Positions 11,711-23,803 of a stretch of 64,000 nucleotides of DNA are shown piece after piece. The position numbers were made by a program, and so were the translations under genes. The number at the start of each line of letters is the position of its first letter. The first letter of the stretch is position 1. The notes under the pieces are model-generated. The model searched no databases, was not told where the DNA came from, and saw only the letters and a program-made list of their open reading frames with translations. The DNA comes from Macrostomum lignano (taxonomy: Eukaryota), in the NCBI GenBank assembly GCA_002269645.1, contig NIVC01000041.1, forward strand, positions 434,001 through 498,000, written 5' to 3'.

Positions 11711-12000
11711 AGAGAATGGGTTGATTAAATGGAAAGCCCACTCAAGTTAGATTTACAATATTATAATTTCACAACAATATGCCGTCGAATTACTCACGCT
11801 AATCATACTGCTAACAGTAGAGTACTACGAGTCCCGATTTATTTTTAGCAAGAGCAGAAGTTTACGAATTTTATATTTCTTGTACAAAATAGCAATTTTT
11901 TACATAAGATAAGCATAAACGGAAAAAGAATTTCAAACGGACACTGGACGCCGTTTTCGATGCGTTACTTGTCTGTTCTTTCGTTTATTCGTGCAGCATA

Positions 12001-13706
12001 CTACTTTCTTCTGCGGCTGGCTTTGGTCTGCGGGAGATTTGTGAGATCTAAAATTGCAGTAAGGTTCACAAACACAGACCGGTAGTACGGTGGATGAAGG
12101 GAGGAGCAGCTGATAGATGAAGGGAACAGCAGCTGATAGATGAAGGGAACAGCAGCTGATAGATGAAGGGGACAGCAGCTGATAGATGAAGGGAACAGCA
12201 GCTGATAGATGAAGGGAACAGCAGCTGATAGATGAAGGGAACAGCAGCTGATAGATGAAGGGAACAGCAGCTGATAGATGAAGGGAACAGCAGCTGATAG
12301 ATGAAGGGAACAGCAGCTCATAGATGAAGGGAACAGCAGCTGATAGATGAAGGGAGGAGCAGCTGATAGATCAAGGGAACAGCAGCTCATAGATGAAGGG
12401 AACAGCAGCTGATAGATGAAGGGAACAGCAGCTCATAGATGAAGGGGACAGCAGCTGATAGATGAAGGGGACAGCAGCTGATAGATGAAGGGAACAGCAG
12501 CTGATAGATGAAGGGAACAGCAGCTGATAGATGAAAGGAACAGCAGCTGATAGATGAAGGGGACAGCAGCTGATAGATGAAGGGAACAGCAGCTGATAGA
12601 TGAAGGGAGGAGCAGCTGATAGATGAAGGGAGGAGCAGCTGATAGATGAAGGGAACAGCAGCTGATAGATGAAGGGAACAGCAGCTGATAGATGAAGGGA
12701 ACAGCAGCTGATAGATGAAGGGGACAGCAGCTGATAGATGAAGGGAACAGCAGCTGATAGATGAAGGGGACAGCAGCTGATAGATGAAGGGAACAGCAGC
12801 TGATAGATGAAGGGAACAGCAGCTGATAGATGAAGGGAACAGCAGCTGATAGATGAAGGGAACAGCAGCTGATAGATGAAGGGAACAGCAGCTGATAGAT
12901 GAAGGGGACAGCAGCTGATAGATGAAGGGAACAGCAGCTGATAGATGAAGGGAACAGCAGCTGATAGATGAAGGGAACAGCAGCTGATAGATGAAGGGAA
13001 CAGCAGCTGATAGATGAAGGGAACAGCAGCTGATAGATGAAGGGAACAGCAGCTGATAGATGAAGGGAACAGCAGCTGATAGATGAAGGGAACAGCAGCT
13101 GATAGATGAAGGGAACAGCAGCTGATAGATGAAGGGAACAGCAGCTGATAGATGAAGGGAACAGCAGCTGATAGATGAAGGGAACAGCAGCTGATAGATG
13201 AAGGGAAAAGCAGCTGATAGATGAAGGGAACAGCAGCTGATAGATGAAGGGAACAGCAGCTGATAGATGAAGGGAACAGCAGCTGATAGATGAAAGCAGA
13301 TTAAAGACTCACCGTTCACTCTGCCAGCCTGCCACCACCGCATGCCGCGCTGTCGCTTTGTCGCCGCCGCCGCCGCTGCCGAACGGACGCGCAGGCCGAC
13401 CTGACGCGAATAAAACTCCGGCAGGCAGACGGCGGGCAGTGGACGCGGCCGGAGGGCAGCCAGTCGTCCCGACGATGCCTCAGCGTTAACAACGGAGGCG
13501 GCGGCCGCGGCGGCTGCCACGGTGGATCGCTGGGTGGATTGTACCGAGAATTCGATGCGACGCCGAGCACTCCTGCCTTCTGGCCCAGCCGGTCTGGCTG
13601 CGGTTTCTTGGAAAACGACAGTTCGAGAATTCGGCGCTGCCGGATTAGCGTCGGTTTCTTGGAAAGTATGTTTTCGCCGCGAGATTGGGAGTGTTTGGTC
13701 CTTCAT
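12001..13706 (-). CDS. Second, divergent Cip/Kip-like protein, about 146 aa, 2 exons
   Basis: Exons 13706-13313 and 12047-12001 (G|gtgag...ttttag|AT; 441 nt in frame). Motifs RRRIEF and LPEFYSR, basic C-terminus, and a phase-1 intron inside an Asp codon as in the first CKI. Confidence 0.5.
12090..13295. repeat. 23-bp minisatellite filling the intron of the second CKI-like gene
   Basis: Unit GAAGGGAACAGCAGCTGATAGAT. Confidence 0.95.
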
Positions 13707-13999
13707 GCTGGGATATTTTCAAAATGAGCAGTTAATCTCAATTGCCAAGCCAGCCCCACTCGAGTTCGGCCCCACCTTATATTCTCAGGGCCATCATGGC
13801 AGCGGCTGGCCGTCCTGGCTGCTCAGTTTTCCATCTCTCCTCCTCTCTGACCCCCCGCTGTCAAGTTTTCTCACTTTCAATTGGTCCGCGCGGCGTGAAT
13901 GAATCTCTGGGTGAAAAAAATGAATGAGGCAAGGAGTTCTGGAATTAGATTTTTGGAGTAGCAGCTGGACCCCCTCACCCGTGCCTGGCTGCACTATAA

Positions 14000-14161
14000 T
14001 AACAACAAAAAGAAAACAAAAACAACAATAACGACAACGGCAATAACAACAAGAAAGACAACAACAAAAGTAACAAAAACAATAACAGCCGCAATAAAAA
14101 CAACAACAGCACCAGCAATAGAAACAACAATAACAGCAACAACAGCAACAATAACAGCAAT

Positions 14162-14195
<34 letters not shown>

Positions 14196-14261
14196 GCAGC
14201 AGCAGCAACAACAACAGCAGCAGCAGCAACAACAACAACAGCAATAACAACAAAAAACAGC

Positions 14262-14293
<32 letters not shown>

Positions 14294-14336
14294 AAACAGC
14301 AGCAACAACAACAACAGCAATAACAACAAAAACATC

Positions 14337-14403
<67 letters not shown>

Positions 14404-14425
14404 GCAGCAACAACAACAACAACAA

Positions 14426-14456
<31 letters not shown>

Positions 14457-14533
14457 AGCAACAACAACAACAACAACAGCAGCAGCAACAACAACAACAG
14501 CAGCAGCAACAACAACAACAGCAGCAGCAACAA

Positions 14534-14601
<68 letters not shown>

Positions 14602-14731
14602 GCAACAACAACAACAACAACAGCAGCAGCAACAATAACAACAACAACAGCAGCAGCAACAACAACAACAACAACAGCAGCAGCAACAACAACAACAGCA
14701 GCAGCAACAACAACAACAGCAGCAGCAACAA

Positions 14732-14762
<31 letters not shown>

Positions 14763-14799
14763 AACAACAACAGCAGCAGCAACAACAACAACAACAGCA
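14000..14799. repeat. (CAA/CAG)n trinucleotide expansion, about 800 bp
   Basis: Direct reading. Confidence 0.95.
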
Positions 14800-14988
14800 C
14801 TAACACCCACGTAGCGCTGGAGTGCGCCAAGATGGAAAAGACCCGCCGCACCCTCGGTATCACGTGCCTCGCAGACCTGTGCAGCAGCCCCAACGCCGGT
14901 CGAAAACTTTGGGCGGAGTTTACGAGCTAAGGAAAGAGTTAGAGAGGTGGATGGAGCGACTTCCCAGTTTGCTAAAAACTAAACTAAA
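14800..14988 (+). mobile_element. Probable 5'-truncated 3' end of a non-LTR retrotransposon
   Basis: Encodes THVALECAKMEKTRRTLGI...* (H-x4-C end typical of LINE ORF2 C-termini), followed by a (CTAAA)n-like tail; flanked by ACAACAACAGCA on both sides (possible TSD, but inside a repeat). Confidence 0.45.
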
Positions 14989-15701
14989 ACAACAACAGCA
15001 ACAACTCCGGCTGTTGGGCAGTACGGACTCGGTGCGATTAATGCGGCCTGCAATCTGGAGTGGCCGACGGTGCTACAGGCCTCTTAAACGGGTCCGTCTC
15101 GAGCAGGCCAACAGGTTTGAACCGAAAAAAAAATTGAACTAAGTGTAATCATTTGAAAAATTCAAAACGTTTTTGCTTTCAAGAAAACTACTGACGCAGT
15201 TGAGCAGCGGCATTGAGAATGAGTTTTTCCAACTCCATATCCTGGATCAAGATCTCCTTGAATGGGTTTGGGTCAGCTTTCAATTGGCGCTAATTGGGGA
15301 ACAAAGAGTGCGGCGCAATATGTTTCACCTATGAGTTTTTATATTAAGCTTTCGAAAGTAGTTGCAGCTAACAGAATTTTTGACTATAGAGATCATTAGC
15401 TCCCGCTGTTGCCCCTCTAAGTAGGAAATACTCCCAGGAGGCCACAGCTGCTAGTGTAGGACAATCATAATATGAAGCTTGCAATAAAATCCTTTGTAAC
15501 TAATTTTAAGGGCCCTTAATTTCAGCAATATATTTCTGCACAGGTGTTTCTGGCTTTCAATTTCAACTTCTACTGTATTTCGTCACCAACGTTAATTAAT
15601 TAAAAATCTCTGTTCTCTTCTCTCCCATCTCCCATCCCACCTCATATCTCATATATCGCTTATCATCTCCTCTCTATTCCTTCTCCTTTCCTCTTCTATC
15701 T

Positions 15702-16024
15702 GGGGCTGTAGCCTAGTAGTCAGAGCGTCGAACTCACGACTTAAAGGTCGGGGGTTCGATTCCTCATCCCACTAGGAACAATTTGTGTCCTTGAGCAAGA
15801 CGCTTAACTCTGCATTGCTTCAGTTCACCCAGCTGTAAAATGGGTGCCAGCATTAGCTGGGGTAATGGAGGGTAATTGAGGATGTGTGTCGACCCCCCCC
15901 CCCCCCCCAGTCCTTGGACTGAACAGCCGTACGCAGCCTTCAGATGCGCCTCTCAATAGCTGCGGCTGAGCTGTCGGTTGCACATCTGCCTATTAGGGCA
16001 GGTGTAATCAATTATTATTATTAT
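15702..16024 (+). mobile_element. tRNA-derived SINE with a conserved central domain
   Basis: GGGGCTGTAGCCTAGTAGTCAGAGCG (A box), GGTTCGATTCC (B box), GTGTCCTTGAGCAAGACGCTTAAC...CACCCAGCTGTAAAATGGGT body, (ATT)n tail. Confidence 0.8.
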
Positions 16025-17174
16025 ATTAATTATTCAATTACGAGTAATTAATCATGGCTACAATTGCACTAATTTGTAATTTAGATTGATTCAAATGGTA
16101 AACGAGGTACTCGTACCCATATTTATAATGAGATTTTAATAAATAAGCTTTTAATATAAAATATTATTTTATGAAAGAAAAATAAAATATGTTGGGTGAC
16201 CTCACGTAGCCTCCAAATATCCGGAATGAAACAATCTGCCGACTGCACACCAACACTATGCTAATCCCCTAGCAACTCCGCCGCGACAGCCGCCACATGC
16301 AGGCAAACAAACCAATTTTAATAAGCGCGAAATTCTTCCCCTCTCAACAAAAAACTCCTCCACAGTCTCCGCAACACGCGCGCGCGCGGTCGGATTTTTG
16401 AGTATAAATAAATTAAGCAAAAATTCAATATCACGAGATCACTTGAGCAGGCGCCCCGACACCCCAACCGGAAAACTATAAAAGACTGTATACAAAGGTG
16501 TACGTGTGGGGTCATCTATCCAACATACACAATGTATAGATAATCTTGCACTTTGACCTTTAGGAATCCAAACTTGCCTCTCCCTTTCTCTCAACCAGGT
16601 TCATCAAAATTTACCCACAGATTTGCCACCTGGTTCTACGCAGACACCCAGCCAGACAAAATAGAAATTTCTAGGAAAGCTCTAGGGTTTTTGATGGAGC
16701 TGGTAACAAAACCCACAGATTTGCTGAAGGAATCTGCTGTGTAGATTTTCAATTAAAAAGTGAGCACAACCGTTTGTTCTCTGCGGCTTGATGTAAAAAA
16801 GATTAAGGCCGCCTCCGCTTTTAGCAAACTTTTTTTTCTGGAACCAGAGTGCAGACCGCCTCCGCATCTAAAGGTCGGTCTGTAGCCTCATCTCGGCAAG
16901 ACTGCTCCGCTTTCCCATCGCTCGCTCGATCAACAGCCGACGCTGTTCTCATGGCCTCTCTTTAAAAAAGCACGCAGAAGATTTACGAGACAGCGCTTCC
17001 AACTTCTGGGATTGTGGGAACCGTGGGAATTAAGCCCGGGATCCCCCAAGTCACCTGGCCAACAAGATTATGTGAGCAATCTAAATTAGCAATATTTTGC
17101 ATAGCCTAACTTTCACAATGCTTGAAATTACTATGCCAAACATTTTCTTATAAAATTGACTGTTTGACGTTAGG

Positions 17175-17705
17175 GGTTGGTGATTTTGGAGCTTGTGAAG
17201 TTTGGGGTTTGTGATTTTGTGGTTTGTGAAGTTTGGGGTTTGTGATTTTGTGGTTTGTGAAGTTTGGGGTTTGTGATTTTGTGGTTTGTGAAGTTTGGGG
17301 TTTGTGATTTAGGTGTTTTTGAAGCTGTGGTTTGTGAAGCTGTGCTTGGTGATTTTGGTGATTTTAAAGCTGTGGTTTGTGAAGCTGTGCTTGGTGATTT
17401 TGGTGATTTTAAAGCTGTGGTTTGTGAAGTTTGGGGTTTGTGATTTAGGTGTTTTTGAAGCTGTGGTTTGTGAAGCTGTGCTTGGTGATTTTGGTGTTTT
17501 TGAAGCTGTGGTTTGTGAAGCTGTGCTTGGTGATTTTGGTGATTTTGAAGCTGTGGTTTGTGAAGCTGTGCTTGGTGATTTTGGTGATTTTAAAGCTGTG
17601 GTTTGTGAAGTTTGGGGTTTGCGAAGTTTGGCGTTTGTGATTTAGGTGATTTTGAAGCTGTGGTTTGTGAAGATTGGGATCTGTGAAGTTTGGGGTTTGT
17701 GAAGT
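17175..17705. repeat. Compound 29/45-bp GT-rich minisatellite
   Basis: GTGGTTTGTGAAGCTGTGCTTGGTGATTTTGGTGATTTT... units. Confidence 0.9.
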
Positions 17706-18245
17706 TTAGGACATGAAAAGATTTGTTCAGTTTAACAAAGAATAACAAAAAAACAATTAAAAAGCTTCCAGTTTAATCTACGAATTCAAAAGGCCAGGCT
17801 GCTAAAAGCAGAAACTCTTCACAATCCAGGGTTGTATATCTTTTCGAGAATATTTATTTTACAAATAAAAACCCAACTATTAAATAAATAAAGGCACAGA
17901 ATGTGCAGCCGAAATTGTGTTATTAAATTACAGTGTGTACCGAGATCAGCTTTTAAATTAATTTTTGCATACTAGCTAAATTTACCGAATGATAAAAGTT
18001 GAAGAGTTTGAGCAGTACGTTTTGTAAGATGCTTATTATAATCTCATGCATACATCTAGATAGTGTATCTACATACAATACTTCTCAGGTTCACATACGC
18101 TAAGTTATACTATTAGTAGTGACCACAGACTTTTTGAAATGTTTTATTTCGACAAAAAACAAGAGCAAAAGCGCAATATCGGGGCAGCAGTGACAGCTGA
18201 TAAAAAATGATTCATAACGGGCCATGATTATTATGGGTTACATAA

Positions 18246-18876
18246 GCTATAGGAGTGCCATTTTCAGCTATAGGAGTGCCATTTTCAGCTATAGGAGTGC
18301 CATTTTCAGCTATAGGAGTGCCATTTTCAGCTATAGGAGTGCCATTTTCAGCTATAGGAGTGCCATTTTCAGCTATAGGAGTGCCATTTTCAGCTATAGG
18401 AGTGCCATTTTCAGCTATAGGAGTGCCATTTTCAGCTACAGTATAGGAGTGCCATTTCCAGCTATAGGAGTGCCATTTCCAGCTATAGGAGTGCCATTTC
18501 CAGCTATAGGAGTGCCATTTCCAGCTATAGGAGTGCCATTTCCAGCTATAGGAGTGCCATTTCCAGCTATAGGAGTGCCATTTCCAGCTATAGGAGTGCC
18601 ATTTCCAGCTATAGGAGGGCCATTTCCAGCTATAGGAGTGCCATTATCAGCTATAGGAGTGCCATTTTCAGCTATAGGAATGCCATTTTCAGATATAGGA
18701 ATGCCATTTTCAGCTATAGGAGTGCCACTTTCAGATATAGGAATGCCATTTTCAGCTATTGGAGTGCCATTTTCAGCTATTGGAGTGCCATTTTCAGCTA
18801 TAGGAGTGCCATTTTCAGCTATAGGAGTGCCATTATCAGCTATAGGAGTGCCATTTTCAGCTATAGGAGTGCCATT
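18246..18876. repeat. 21-bp minisatellite
   Basis: Unit CTATAGGAGTGCCATTTTCAG. Confidence 0.95.
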
Positions 18877-19039
18877 TAGCCTAGCTAGTACCATTAAAAA
18901 CCCCAACTACTAACGTCACACATCGTGGCACATTAGGAGTGGTAGTTAGAAAAAGATGAATAGCTAAATAAATAAATTTCTAAATGTAAGTTCATCACAA
19001 CAATCCCATAGCAAGAGAAACCTGAAGGATACATAGCGA

Positions 19040-21385
19040 TCAGTTCTTGCAGAAGCAGAAATCAACGCTCAGACAGAAATGATCAGACGGGAACGCAGCG
19101 CAGGGCAGACCGTTGGACTCGACGCTGTCCCTAGGCGGAATCTCCAGCAGGGCTAGCGGTCGCAGGCGCCGGTACCAGATATAGTCTATGCCCCTGGCCT
19201 GCGGCTCGGCCGATTTGCCAACGTATTTAAACGTAGTGAAAGGAGGCTCCTCAGGCTGCTTGTAGGCCGAGGCGATGTCGAGACCGGATTGAACGATCAC
19301 GTTGTAAAATGGTTCGAAGCTTTCGCCGTTGAAATCGCCGCATAGCAACAGGGGCGAGTTGGCTGGCACGCGCTCTTTTAGGGCAGTGATTAGCGCCTGT
19401 AGGAGTTTTCATATACGGTCGTAATTATTAGCTTGTATTGTATATTTCCGCTTTAAAAAGTTAATTTTCGAAACATATCGGTTAGGAAAACAGACTTTAT
19501 ATCAGCCTAGGAGCTCTTTTTGGTATGAGGATTAAGGGAGTTTTTAGGGGAGATTTTAGCATGGGGGGATTGGGGAGATTTTAGCGTGGGAGGATTAGGG
19601 GAGACTTGAGCGTGTGAGGATTAAGGGAGATTTATGCGTGGGGGATCAGGGATGATTTTAGCGTGTGAGGATTAAGGGAGATTTATGCGTGGGGGATCAG
19701 GGATGATTTTAGCGTGTGAGGATTAAGGGAGATTTATGCGTGGGGGATCAGGGATGATTTTAGCGTGTGAGGATTAAGGGAGATTTATGCGTGGGGGATC
19801 AGGGATGATTTTAGCGTGTGAGGATTAAGGGAGATTTATGCGTGGGGATCAGGGATGATTTTAGCGTGGGAGGATTAAGGGAGATTTATGCGTGGGGGAT
19901 CAGGGATGATTTTAGCGTGGGAGGATTAAGGGAGATTTATGCGTGGGGGATCAGGGATGATTTTAGCGTAGGAGGATTAGGGGAGATTTTAGCGTAGGAG
20001 GATTAGGGGAGATTTTAGCGTGTGAGGATTAAGGGAGATTTTAGCGTGTAAGGATTAGGGGAGATTTAAGCGTGGGGGATCAGGGAAGATTTTAGCGTGG
20101 GAGGATTAGGGGGGATATTAGCTTGGGAGGATTAGCCCAGTTGGTTTTAAAATCCGAATACTCACCTTCGTCTGCAACAGGCGCAGATTAGAGAAGGTCA
20201 CCTTAGCTTTGAGATGCGTGGCTGCAACCCACAGCTCGCCGCCGCCGTCGCTGTCGTCAGTAGCCGGAGGGTTCAGCAGTCTTAGTCGGAGCAGAACAAA
20301 GACTTGAGAGCCGGCGCCGCTGGGGCGTCTAGAAATTCCGTGCCGTCCTCATTGGGCTCGATGAGCAGCCCGGTCTCCGACTGCAGGCACTCGAACCGGT
20401 GCGTGTTGTACAGGATCTGCACAGGTGCGCATGGCCCGGGGGATGGTGCAACTACGGCTAGACTGCATAATCATAGCACATTCACAGAATATTTATAGTA
20501 CATACGGAGTGCCGGTCACTGAAATGTCAGTCACACTATTGGAGTGCCAGTCACTGAAATGTCAGTCACACTATTGGAGTGCCAGTCACTGAAATGTCAG
20601 TCACACTATTGGAGTGCCGGTCACTGAAATGTCAGTCACACTATTGGAGTGCCGGTCACTGAAATGACCCTCCGTGACACTATTGGAGTGCCGGTCACTG
20701 AAATGTCAGTCACACTATTGGAGTGCCGGTCACTGAAATGTCAGTCACACTATTGGAGTGCCGGTCACTGAAATGTCAGTCACACTATTGTAGTGCCAGT
20801 CACTGAAATGCCAGAAAATCCCCCAAAATCTAGTGACTGACTCACCGCGGTGCCGTCCGGTCCAAAGTTTCCAGGAAAGGAGAGGCAGGGAGAGCGCGGC
20901 TTCGCCCGAAAGCAGCCCCTGTAGCCAAGAGGAGCGAGATTCTCCAACAAATAATCGTAAATGTCAACCTCATTGAGGCACAGGATATCCGGTTGAAATC
21001 TCAGCAGCTCCCTGAGCAGATACCAGCGCCTCCGCTCCCAGCTGGTGACGCCAGGTTCAACCCGGTCGAAATGACTGCCGCCTTCGGCGCCGGTGAGCGC
21101 CTGGGCCAGTATGTTCCAGTGGAGTACGCGGAACTGGCCAGACTGCATCACTGAGTCGGATGGGATGAGCTGTCTGAACTGGCGAGATAGCGGCCCGGCG
21201 GGACAGGGACTGTTTGAGCAATGCTGCTCAACTGCCGCTAAGAGCTGCTGGCGAGCGGCCGTTGCGGCCCCGGCTGAGCTGCCGTCTTCACCTTGGCTGG
21301 TGGACATGCGGCGCATGGAATGTTTTTTGTGGGAAAATATTCTCTTAGAAATCCATTTTGCTCTACTTAAAGTAGAGTAATGCAT
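19040..21385 (-). CDS. NOCT: Nocturnin (CCR4-family EEP phosphatase), 3 exons, apparent frameshift in exon 2
   Basis: Exons 21385-20846, 20416-20166, 19396-19040. Motifs FRVLHWNILAQAL, PDILCLNEVD, PCL...NFGPDG, THLKAK, LLCGDFNG, IDYIWY, FPSDHF. Confidence 0.88.
19545..20125. repeat. About 51-bp (dimeric 25-bp) minisatellite in NOCT intron 2
   Basis: GCGTGTGAGGATTAAGGGAGATTTATGCGTGGGGGATCAGGGATGATTTTA. Confidence 0.9.
20505..20815. repeat. 35-bp minisatellite in NOCT intron 1
   Basis: ATTGGAGTGCCGGTCACTGAAATGTCAGTCACACT. Confidence 0.95.
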
Positions 21386-21408
21386 TTTTATTTTTAAAAA
21401 AATCTTGT

Positions 21409-22555
21409 GGAGGATTTGGAAGCGATTCTCATAGCGGATTTGGAGACGATTCTCATAGAGGATTTGGAGGCGATTCTCATGGAGGATTTGGAGACGATTC
21501 TCATGGAGGATTTGGAGGCGATTCTCATGGAGGATTTGGAGGCGATTCTCATGGAGGATTTGGAGACGATTCTCATTGAGGATTTGGAGGCGATTCTCAC
21601 TGAGGATTTGGAGGCGATTCTCATTGAGGATTTGGAGGCGATTCTCATTGAGGATTTGGAGGCGATTCTCACTGAGGATTTGGAGCCGATTCTCATTGAG
21701 GATTTGGAGACGATTCTCATGGAGGATTTGGAGGCGATTCTCATGGAGGATTTGGAGGCGATTCTCATGGAGGATTTGGAGGCGATTCTCATGGAGGATT
21801 TGGAAGCGATTCTCATGGAGGATTTGGAGGCGATTCTCATGGAGGATTTGGAGGCGATTCTCTCATTGAGGATTTGGAGGCGATTCTCATTGAGGATTTG
21901 GAGGCGATTCTCTCATTGAGGATTTGGAGGCGATTTTCATGGAGGATTTGGAGGCGATTTTCATGGAGGATTTGGAGGCGATTCTCATTGAGGATTTGGA
22001 GGCGATTCTCATTGAGGATTTGGAGGCGATTCTCATTGAGGATTTGGAGGCGATTCTCATTGAGGATTTGGAGATGATTCTCATGGAGGATTTGGAGGCG
22101 ATTCTCATTGAGGATTTGGAGGCGATTCTCATTGAGGATTTGGAGATGATTCTCATGGAGGATTTGGAGGCGATTCTCATTGAGGATTTGGAGGCGATTC
22201 TCATTGAGGATTTGGAGACGATTCTCATTGAGGATTTGGAGGCGATTCTCATAGAGGATTTGGAGACGATTCTCATTGAGGATTTGGAGACGATTCTCAT
22301 TGAGGATTTGGAGGCGATTCTCATGGAGGATTTGGAGACGATTCTCATTGAGGATTTGGAGGCGATTCTCATAGAGGATTTGGAGACGATTCTCATTGAG
22401 GATTTGGAGGCGATTCTCATAGAGGATTTGGAGACGATTCTCATAGAGGATTTGGAGACGATTCTCATAGAGGATTTGGAGACGATTCTCATTGAGGATT
22501 TGGAGGCGATTCTCATGGAGGATTTGGAGACGATTCTCATGGAGGATTTGGAGAC
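21409..22555. repeat. 24-bp minisatellite
   Basis: GAGGATTTGGAGGCGATTCTCAT(T/G). Confidence 0.95.
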
Positions 22556-22867
22556 AATTCCCAAAGTCAATCAGTAACTAATGAAGGTATAAAAATAGAA
22601 TTAAAAAACAAAAAAAACCAAACCAGTAGCATCCAGCAATGGTTCAATTTAATTATCCTGTACTTATCCTGAAAAGCATTACTAACAGTTTTGCTATCTT
22701 AGCACTAGATTATCAAATTTTAAAAATGCTGATGAATTAGGCCAGTGCCAACAACGCGCGCAATAAACACAAACATAAACTATTTGTACTTTTATTGCGT
22801 CGAAAAAAATGCTGGAATTCGGGAAGAATGTCTTGGCCGTAAGAGTGCTTAGGTGTCTGGAGAGTAC

Positions 22868-23755
22868 TCGGATCTTAGAAATGGGGATTTTATTAGGGAT
22901 CTGAGGGGCTTGATGATGGGATCTTAGAAATGGGGATTCTATTAGGGATCTGAGGGGCTTGGCGATGGGATCTTAGAAATGGGGATTCTATTAGGGATCT
23001 GAGGAGGGGTTTGGCGATGGGATCTTAGACATGGGGATTTTATTAGGGATCTGAGGGGCTTGATGATGGGATCTTAGAAATGGAGATTTTATAAGGGATC
23101 TGAGGGGTTTGGCGATGGGATCTTAGAAATGGAGATTTTATAAGGGATCTGAGGGGCTTGATGATGGGATCTTAGAAATGGAGATTTTATAAGGGATCTG
23201 AGGGGTTTGGCGATGGGATCTTAGAAATGGGGATTTTATAAGGGATCTGAGGGGTTTGGCGATGGGATCTTAGAAATGGGTATTCTATTAGGGATCTGAG
23301 GGGCTTGATGATGGGATCTTAGAAATGGGTATTCTATTAGGGATCTGAGGGGCTTGATGATGGGATCTTAGAAATGGGTATTCTATTAGGGATCTGAGGG
23401 GCTTGATGATGGGATCTTAGAAATGGGGATTCTATTAGGGATCTGAGGGGCTTGATGATGGGATCTTAGAAATGGGTATTCTATTAGGGATCTGAGGGGC
23501 TTGATGATGGGATCTTAGAAATGGGGATTCTATTAGGGATCTGAGGGGCTTGATGATGGGATCTTAGAAATGGGTATTCTATTAGGGATCTGAGGGGCTT
23601 GATGATGGGATCTTAGAAATGGGGATTCTATTAGGGACCTGAGGGGTTTGGCGATGGGATCTTAAAAATGGGTATTCTATAAGGGATCTGGGGGGCTTGA
23701 TGATGGGATCTTAGAAATGGGGATTCTATTAGGGATCTGAAGTCTATGATGGGAT
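22868..23755. repeat. 49-bp minisatellite
   Basis: GGGATCTGAGGGGCTTGATGATGGGATCTTAGAAATGGGGATTCTATTA. Confidence 0.95.
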
Positions 23756-23803
23756 ATTTAAGAAAGAAAGTTTTAGTTCTTTTTAAGCGCCATCGTAAAT
23801 CAA

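Noticed and set aside
13794-14893. Poly-Val, poly-Leu and poly-Cys ORFs
   Set aside because: Products of the (CAA/CAG)n tract.
15702-15775. tRNA gene
   Set aside because: A and B boxes are present, but the acceptor stem does not close and the sequence runs into a SINE body and tail.
17013-17029. Tandem CSL/Su(H)-like sites TGTGGGAA and CGTGGGAA upstream of the CKI-like genes
   Set aside because: Short motifs in a direct rather than paired head-to-head layout; cannot be distinguished from chance without functional data.
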